Shown: positions 15,991-23,641 of the stretch, piece after piece
Position numbering within the stretch: the stretch's first letter is position 1
Layout of the letters: each line of letters opens with the position of its first letter
DNA from: Daphnia carinata
Taxonomy: Eukaryota
DNA length: 64,000 nucleotides
Direction of reading: 5' to 3'
NCBI RefSeq assembly: GCF_022539665.2
Contig: NC_081331.1
Coordinates: 4,836,001 to 4,900,000 of the forward strand
Made by a program: the position numbers and the translations under genes
Notes under the pieces: generated by a model
The model's database searches: none
Told to the model about the DNA's origin: nothing
What the model saw: the letters and a program-made list of their open reading frames with translations, nothing else

Positions 15991-17844
15991 ATGGAAGAAA
16001 TCTTATCAGTTTTGGGTTTGACAGTTTTAAGCTTCTTTATTTGGATGTGTTATCGTTGTTTGGAGAAGCGCAGCATTGTACTGCATTCCAAATGCCACTG
16101 CAATGAGTTCAGCGTATCCGACCAGAAACAAAAACCCGGCGGTCCAATACCGGAAGGAGACTGTTGTGAAATTAAAGCCACTTTCACCAGTTATGTTGAC
16201 AACCCAGAAATCCAATCACAAAATTCGGCATTTTTGTTTATGGAAACCAGCCCGGCCCCAGACAACGAAGTAATACTACCAGATGTGTTGGATCTCAAAA
16301 CCGAGGAAAAGGCAGTTCCTTTTCCAAATCGATTCGACAATCCAAAACTGGAGGAAGATCGTTGTGAAACCAGGAACACTTTCACCAGTTATATTAACAA
16401 CCCAGAAATCCAATCAGAAAATTCGGAATTCTTGTTTATGGTAACCAGCCCGGCCACAGACAACGAAGTAATAGTACCAGATGTTTTCGATCCCGAAAAC
16501 GAGGAAAAGGCAGTTCCTTTTCCTAATCCATTCGACAATCCAGAACCAGAGGAGGTTTTTGCCGAATCCAAGTCAACTTCTGCTGGTAAACCATTGCTAC
16601 CAGAATTTGAGAAAATTCTCCACGTTCATATTTTGCATATACCTGATTTTCATGAGATGCCAGAAGTGCCACCAGAATTTGAACCGGTTACCCACGTCCA
16701 TACCGACAAAACACAAATCAAAGAGTTTCTGCAAAAAATGTATGAAGACTGCTGCGAAATGCCTGAAGACTGCTGCGAAATGCCTAAAGAAAACGAATAC
16801 CTAAATCAATTATTTATCTCGAACCCTATGTTTTCGAGTGTTCCACCAAGATGCTATAATGCTAAAGTAATTGAGGTCGACCCCCGCTTTTATAATATAT
16901 ATTCTCCACCTCGTGAGACCCCTTTAAAAATGAAAAAGGAAAACAGGTTTGTGAAACTGATGACAAAATGGAAAAAATGGATTGCTGCTCATCTTCCAAC
17001 AAAGAAAGCGAAGGCTAAAAGAAAAGAACGGAAATATATGAAGCGTTATAAAGAATGGTCCGCAAAACAAGACTTGCGTGAAACTTTTACGGATAAATTT
17101 GCTGAAACGCCTGAAGCTTCTAAGCTGGAAAAAGAATTGGAACCGTCAGAAATATTTGAAATCTATGATACAGTTGGCCACATGCATATCATCGCTTTAC
17201 CTAGTGAAATACCAGAAGAGTTCCAACATTATAGCACAGTTTATCACATCCATTACCTCTATATATCTGAAGAGTTTCTGACAGACATCGTTAAAAACTT
17301 CAAGGACCAAGAGTCACCTACGTTTCCGAATTCTGTACCAACGGGCTGCGGTCCTACAATAACTGAAGTAACGGACCTTCCTTGTCAGTCACCATCAGCT
17401 ACTGAAGCCGATCTTGGAGAAAGTTTTGAAAACGAAAAAACCTCCGAACGAGATGTGTTACAAAACGAATTGGCAGACAAAACACCGGTGGCTGAGCAAG
17501 ATCAGACAGCAGCGGAATATGACACGCCAGCGACAGCTAAAAAAAAAACAAAGTTTGGGAAATTGGGAAGCAAACTGAAAAAGTGGGCGGCCCTTCATTT
17601 TCCGTCACGGAAGGCAAAATCTAACGGAGGGATCCAAGATGAGCTTGAAGTGGCAGAAGATCGTGTGGACCAGCTAGAAAATGGCACCAAAGAGCAAAAA
17701 GAACTCCAAGAACAGCAAAAGGTTAACGTGGCCTCAGAAAATGATGATATACCGAAAAAAAAGGGGAAAAAATTTAGGAACTTAGGACGAAAAATCAAAT
17801 CATTGTTTCGTTCGAAAACAAGCAAGAAAACAGAAAAAATGTGA
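15991..17844 (+). CDS. Intronless 617-aa protein of unknown function: N-terminal hydrophobic anchor, 2 x 66-aa repeat, acidic Pro/Glu-rich body, three Lys-rich amphipathic segments
   Basis: Uninterrupted 1.85 kb ORF with AAAATGG start context and the hydrophobic segment MEEILSVLGLTVLSFFIWMCY. No domain recognised. Confidence 0.65.
   Translation: MEEILSVLGLTVLSFFIWMCYRCLEKRSIVLHSKCHCNEFSVSDQKQKPGGPIPEGDCCEIKATFTSYVDNPEIQSQNSAFLFMETSPAPDNEVILPDVLDLKTEEKAVPFPNRFDNPKLEEDRCETRNTFTSYINNPEIQSENSEFLFMVTSPATDNEVIVPDVFDPENEEKAVPFPNPFDNPEPEEVFAESKSTSAGKPLLPEFEKILHVHILHIPDFHEMPEVPPEFEPVTHVHTDKTQIKEFLQKMYEDCCEMPEDCCEMPKENEYLNQLFISNPMFSSVPPRCYNAKVIEVDPRFYNIYSPPRETPLKMKKENRFVKLMTKWKKWIAAHLPTKKAKAKRKERKYMKRYKEWSAKQDLRETFTDKFAETPEASKLEKELEPSEIFEIYDTVGHMHIIALPSEIPEEFQHYSTVYHIHYLYISEEFLTDIVKNFKDQESPTFPNSVPTGCGPTITEVTDLPCQSPSATEADLGESFENEKTSERDVLQNELADKTPVAEQDQTAAEYDTPATAKKKTKFGKLGSKLKKWAALHFPSRKAKSNGGIQDELEVAEDRVDQLENGTKEQKELQEQQKVNVASENDDIPKKKGKKFRNLGRKIKSLFRSKTSKKTEKM
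16163..16555 (+). repeat. In-frame tandem duplication, 198-bp (66-aa) period
   Basis: gttgtgaa...actttcaccagttat..aacccagaaatccaatca begins at both 16163 and 16361; peptide TFTSY.NPEIQS.NS.FLFM.TSPA.DNEVI.PDV.D...EEKAVPFPN.FDNP occurs twice. Confidence 0.9.
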
Positions 17845-17859
17845 GAGAAGGAAGGAATA

Positions 17860-18205
17860 TGGAAAATACGGATAGACAAACGTTTCAACCACTTTAAACT
17901 ATACCACTCTTTTCAAAAATGTTAAGACTGTTCAGAAAAGTACGTGTAAGGGAGGCCAAAAGAAGCGTGCTGAGAAAATGAGAACGAGCGACACACAGTA
18001 ACGAAAGGAGGCGTACAGAACGGATTTCACTCCTACGGGGGGAATGCGAGTTTTGAATACATTTTCGTTGACGTTATGTCGAAGAAGTTGAAAAACTTGT
18101 TTCCCTTTTAAAGGGGAGGTCCGTTTTTCGTTTCCTTTGTCGTTACTCGACTTGTTTTCTCGGTGTCTTTAGTTTTAGCCTTCTCCTCATCATTTTCTGA
18201 ACAAG
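17860..18205 (+). repeat. Shared downstream element, copy 1 (homologous to inverted copies at 23103-23480 and 23485-23625)
   Basis: Contains gtaacgaaaggaggcgt...actcctacggg...tgcgagttttgaatacattttcgttgacgttatgtcgaa...tttgtcgttactcgacttgtt.tctcggtgtctttagtttt; the reverse complement is present at about 23125-23320. Confidence 0.9.
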
Positions 18206-19081
18206 CGACCCATTCGTTGAAAGAACCACAAAGATTGTCTCCGTTCAATTTGCTATAAATACCTTCACCCTTTGATGACAACTATTTAAAAATGAAAAAA
18301 TAATCGCGTACTCATCACGATTCCTCTGGTGTTTCAGCTTGCCTGAAACCTGCCAACCCGGAAAAAGTGGAAGTTCAATTGAAAGTACCAGCACAGAAGC
18401 CGGTTGTTTCCAAAGCACCGGTGCCACTGAAAAATACAAGCAGCTTCCACAGAAGTACCCGAGAAGACGGATTTGGCTACAGTGAATGAAAAGGCAGATG
18501 AAAACTTAGATGCTTCCGTCGTTGTGGACCCGATTTCAGCTTCCATCGAAGAAGTTGAGTTACCTGAATCGACGTGCACTGCTGCTGTAGAAGAACGTTT
18601 ACCGGTTTACACCCAATATGAATCCGTCGATTATGTTTCTTGTGTTCAACGTGAGAGGTCGTCGTTAGAACTACTGAATCAGCTGCATTTGTCCGTGTTC
18701 GTGGACGTAGAGATCACGGGTGAGTCCTACCACGGAAGCACAGAAGGAGGTGGCCTAGGCTGCAATGCCCCAAGTGCCCCATTGAGCCGTTTACATTCCA
18801 TTTTCAACACAATGTGTATCAAAATTCCCAATTTTCAACCTTTTTTTTGGATTAACTCTAATTCCAAACTTGTGAAGATGTCCTTCCCCAATAGCACACC
18901 AAAGGAACTGGGAGGTGAACCCGTAAACGGAGTTGTTCGTTGTCGTATGTGGGGGTTAACCTATTAATGTTTTCTTTCTGTTTCAATTGCCTTCTTCACG
19001 GCACAAGCTTGCAGTGAAAGTGAAGGGATGGTGAGCAATATTGCCATCTCTCACTAGCACGCACTCGCCGGAAGAAGACCA

Positions 19082-19182
19082 TCACGAGAGCTGATTGTCT
19101 CGTGATGTTGGCAGAAGTTAACAAGTTGTCCCTCACGAGAGTTGATTGTCTCGTGATGGTGGCACAGTTAATAGGTTGTCTC
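19082..19182. repeat. Two ~51-bp tandem units, each containing a TCACGAGA...TCTCGTGA hairpin
   Basis: tcacgagag(c/t)tgattgtctcgtgatg(t/g)tggca begins at 19082 and 19133. Confidence 0.8.
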
Positions 19183-19639
19183 TTACCTCTGCGACAATGC
19201 GCTATTACCTTTAGGGGGGAGTTTTTCCTTAAATGAGCCAATCTGTTCTGGAAGTGCGCTACTATGGAGACATCTGAGCAAGTATTCTTTTCTTTTTTTC
19301 CCCTATTTTTCCTTGTTCATTTGCTGTTGTTCTTGTTCGGCTTGCCATGTTGTTAATTTACTGTTCTGCCACTTGATTACACACAAAATTTTAAATCAAT
19401 TTATTATCTATTTTTTCTTTATTAATAATTGGATTTCAATCGGTCCCTGCGTTACTCAGGGTTACCTGCAAAGTATCCCACCCTGCAAATTATTAAACTT
19501 ATTCGGTTTAGAACGGCAACTCCTCGACGCAACACTTCGACGGTTGCGAAGAAATGGACTTGCAATTTTATCAAATACTAAGAGGGAAATGGTGAAATTC
19601 CTAATACGCTAATTCAAATTTTTTAAAATGCAAATTACC

Positions 19640-21732
19640 TCCTTGTCGTACACGATTAATGTCGAGCAACAATTCCAAATACAAAGGTTTTAATCCCTAA
19701 AAGTAAAGAATGTCAGCTTTTTATTCCATGATACCACAATTTGGTATTAGGCGATTCTCACCCCTGCAAACACGATTTTTGGTTTTGGTTTCTGAGAATT
19801 ACTAGCGACGTCACAACCAAGAACCTGAACCGCTTTTTTGAAAAGGGCCAAGTTGGTCCTAGCGAGGAAGCAAAACTGTTTACCACTTCTGAGTGCCATA
19901 TCCAATGGATAAGTGGCACTGCTTAACCTATCCCGAACATTTATGCCCACCAAGCACTTGTCGTTGACATTATTTAAGACATTTAAGCGAATTTGCTATG
20001 AAATCTATTTCCGGTCCGAATCGAAAGGACTAAGAAAAACAATTGAGAGTTTAAAGGCCATTATGTTGGATATGCGACTCTTCTATAATATTGCCTGCGT
20101 CACGTAAAATGTGTGAGTGGCAGGAACTTTATTCAAAGCGTTCACGGCATACCCTGAAATAATCACATTTTTACATAATTATTTTAAAATAAGAAAAAAA
20201 AAAAATCTGGGTTCGAGTCTTACTTACGCCAACGGTAGATTTGCTGGTGTGGATCACAGACGATAATCCGAGGGCCAGGATAACGTAGAAAAATGTCAAG
20301 CATGGCTCCACTCATATCTTGCCCCTCGTCTACCATAATACAGTCCACTTCATCACTTTCAAATAAATTGGGTTTCTTCAACTGACAAATTTTAAGATAG
20401 GCATCGCAGGGCAATTTCAATCTGTCATCGTTTGGTTTTTTTTTAGGCAGACCACACCTTTTTTAGCATCAGCGGCTAACAATCTGCAAGGAAGGAAGTT
20501 CTGGTGAAACAAAGTCGTAAATTATATAAATTACAACATTAGCACTCACTTTATAACGTTCTTCAGCGGAAAGAATTCTTTCGATGACTGGTTGGTCGGT
20601 TGAACTATCTTGGGACAACACATTGCTGATTACTTTTATAGGCGTGTGAGCAACTGTAATGGAATCATCGGCTGATCCCCAGAAGCGATGAAGAGTATCA
20701 ATAACCAATTTTTCTCGTTGATATCTTCTCATGCCACGCCGATCTTTCAGTATCCCACTGTTAATCAAATTTGTTGGGAAGATTTTGCCCGTTGCTTTTC
20801 TTTTTTCAATAGGCCTTGACCAACGATACATATGGCGATATGCCAACTGGTAAATGGTTCTGCAAACGACGTTGTTTGGAAATTTTCCGCCAGCTTCATT
20901 GCATACTGCATGATTCTCCGCCATCAACAAAAATCTAAAATAGGGGTTCTCTTTGTTGACACGTTCTGTAAGTTGTAGAAGCATAGTTCTTCCCACTGCC
21001 AGCAAATGCAACCATCTTGACCAAGCAAATTTTAGTATAAGCAAATATGTTAAGTGTGTGAAGATATTTTGTAATTTTGATAAGCTTTCTGGTTATTTAA
21101 ATATTTAAGAACCTACAAGGTTTCTTTCTATTTGATGATTCACAATCCCTGATTGTTCGGGAGTTAAAGTGGGTGCCGACTTGTTTCCCCTGCTAGGTGT
21201 ACTCCAGCCACTTTCATATAGGTATATCGCAAATTATAATACAATCTGCAAGTGTAAAAAAATACAAATAATTGTTTCAAATTCTAAATGCATTAATTTA
21301 CTTTCCTGGAATTTGAAATTGTCTTGTAAAATAGAGCAAGAATAAGATGCATACACAGTAGTTAGTACAAATAATTGTTTCAAATTCTGAATGCATTAAT
21401 TTACTTTCCTGGAATTTGAAATTGTCTTGTGAAATAGAGCAAGAATAAGATGCATACACAGTAGTTTTTTGGTTGTTGCCTTCTGTGCAAGAAAACAACA
21501 TTAGAATGGTGGATAACTTGGTGGAGTCACTTTTTACTTTTATGACGCATTCACTTCTTGCGTGAGTTAAAAAGTTCAATAGGCTGTACACCTCTGACGC
21601 ATCCCTTGCAATTGTACATATCGGTGTGGTCACTCTCCAAACTGACAACTGTTGCCCTTGCTCTATTATTAGTTTTACAGGATTTACATGAGCCTGAACA
21701 TTTTCCAGCATTTCATCGGGAAGTGAATGCAT
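19640..21732 (-). pseudogene. Degenerate F-box DNA helicase 1 (FBH1/FBXO18, UvrD/SF1 family) copy
   Basis: F-box-like start HSLPDEMLENV; LTPEQSGIVNH; motif II IMVDEGQD; IVCDPHQQIY; SFRFGPEI; FLARTNLALF. Walker A is eroded (AVGRT), there are apparent frameshifts or stops near 20460 and 19985, a 103-bp internal duplication is present, and no C-terminal helicase half was seen. Introns are retained. Confidence 0.75.
21263..21466. repeat. 103-bp near-identical tandem duplication inside the FBH1-like pseudogene
   Basis: tacaaataattgtttcaaattct(a/g)aatgcattaatttactttcctggaatttgaaattgtcttgt(a/g)aaatagagcaagaataagatgcatacacagtagtt starts at 21263 and 21366. Confidence 0.9.
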
Positions 21733-21783
21733 TATAAAATCAATTTTATAATAAAAACAATAAGAACACAACAATAAAATCCA

Positions 21784-22564
21784 GGGAGAATCTATTGCAC
21801 CCAAATTTTTCAGTGCAATAAAGGCTTTTTTCACTATTGCACCAAAATCTGTCGTTGCAATAAGTGGCTTTATTCGCTATTGCACCGAAGAATTTCGTTG
21901 CAATAAAATAAGTTTTTCCTTTTGTACCGAAAGATAAAATTCGTATACTACCAAAACAGTACATAAAATTGATTTTTGCTAATTAAAATTTATATGATTT
22001 AAGTAAAATGAAACAGCGAAAGCCTAAAACTTACCTGGCAATTGCACACTACGCGACTGAAAATCCTTCTGCTTGCTAGGGAAAATTAGTATAGTCTCGT
22101 GGTGAAAGACAGTAGTGTTAGGTAATATCTCTCGTGTTAAGTGCCGGTTTTTTAATATTTGTACGTTTATGTCGATAGTGTAGGTGTTACGTTGTGTTTA
22201 GTTATGTCCGGATAAAGCTGATTTTTAAAGGTAAGTCCCAGTTTAATTACTTTGTTTAATCCCATATTTGTCTGACGCCTATGCCTTCGTTGGGCATTTT
22301 AGCCCGCCGGACGATGCCTTCGTGGGCATTTTTTTCCGTTTTTCATTTCGTCGGGCCATTTTTGCCTGACGGACTATGCCTTCGTAGGGCATTTTTTTTT
22401 CTCTTTTTCTTTTCAGCGGGCCATTTTTGCATTTCGGACTATGCCTTGTAAGGCATTTTTTTCCCTTTTTCTTTTCGGCGGGCCATTTTTGCACCGAAAG
22501 ATTTCGGTACAATGAGGAAAAGGCCGTTATTGCACCGAAATATTTCGGTGAAATAGATTCTACC
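21784..22564. mobile_element. Non-autonomous Mutator-like (MULE/foldback-type) DNA transposon, 781 bp
   Basis: Imperfect ~76-bp TIRs: left gggagaatctattgcacccaaatttttcagtgcaataaaggc...; right reverse complement ggtagaatctatttcaccgaaatatttcggtgcaataacggc.... The 9-bp TSD is taaaatcca (21775-21783) / taaaatcta (22565-22573). Subterminal repeats at about 22277-22490. No transposase. Confidence 0.8.
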
Positions 22565-23102
22565 TAAAATCTATCCCGTAACATTTCTTCGGTTTTTTTT
22601 TTATTACATAGTATTGCAACCACCAGAGCACTCGGTTTTTGTGCCCGCATAGAACAAAAATAAATTGTTTATTCTTATAACTTCCTTTCTCCCTTACAAT
22701 GATCCTTAATTTTTTCACCTTTTTTTCAGTAGTTTATTGTAAGAGTAATTGATGCATTCGCTGTTCGTCGCCGGATAGAAATCCGCAACAACGAAATGGT
22801 GGAATCGGCGTTAGTGAATTACGCTTGCGACAGAACAGCTAATGCTCAAACAATGTACAACGATAATTAGGCTACAATCACTTGTTATTGTGTATCGTGC
22901 AAAGAAAGGCCAAATATTGTTCAGCGTGTTCAATGAGATGGGGTTTGATTGATGAGAATATTAATCACAGTTGAGCGCCGTTAGGATCTGCCCCTAAGGC
23001 CATGCCTGTGCTCCTTATTGGTCCGTAGACCGAGGCGGAAGTTATTTCCTCACGTCATGGTCATGTGAATTTAAGACTAAACAGTGAATTTCGTTAGTTT
23101 TT

Positions 23103-23480
23103 TTGTTCAGAGAAAGGGAGGAATGCCAAAACTAAAGACACCGAGAGAACAAGTCGAGTAACGACAAAGTAAACGAAAAACGACCATACTGGACCTAACC
23201 CTTTCAAATGGGGGCGAGTTTTTGAACAATTTCGACATAACGTCAACGAAAATGTATTCAAAACTCGCACCCCTCCCGTAGGAGTCAAATCCTTTATACA
23301 CGCCGCCTTTCGTTACCGTGTCACTCGTAATCCTTTTCTGAGGAAGTTGGTTTTGCAAGTTGGTTTTGACACCGCTAATCGTTCATTTCTGAACAGTACA
23401 CACACTAGTGGAAAGAGCGTTGTGCTTTAGGGTGCCAATTTAATGTGGTTGAACCAACTGCCTGCACTTCCATTTTTGTC
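23103..23480 (-). repeat. Shared downstream element, copy 2 (full length)
   Basis: Reverse complement aligns by eye with 17860-18205 (ttcaaccac.ttaaa, actgttcagaaa, acgag.gacac, gtaacgaaagg.ggcgt, gcgagttttgaatacattttcgttgacgttatgtcgaa, ttctgaacaa-like end). Confidence 0.9.
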
Positions 23481-23484
23481 ATAC

Positions 23485-23625
23485 TGTAAACGAAAAAGGA
23501 CCATAAAGGACCTAACCCTTTCAAACAGGGACGAGTTTATGAACCTCTTCGACATTACGTCAGCGAAAATGTATTCAAAATTCGCACCCCTGCCGTAGGA
23601 GTCTAATCCTTTATATACGCCTCCC
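23485..23625 (-). repeat. Shared downstream element, copy 3 (partial), starting just after the RhoGEF stop codon
   Basis: ggaggcgtatataaaggattagactcctacggcaggggtgcgaattttgaatacattttcgctgacgtaatgtcgaa...tttgaaagggttaggtcc matches 23175-23310. Confidence 0.9.
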
Positions 23626-23641
23626 AGAAATATACAGTATG

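Noticed and set aside
21790..22560. Spaced palindromic repeats superficially like a CRISPR array
   Set aside because: Eukaryotic context, degenerate units, no unique equal-length spacers and no cas genes; explained by transposon TIR substructure.
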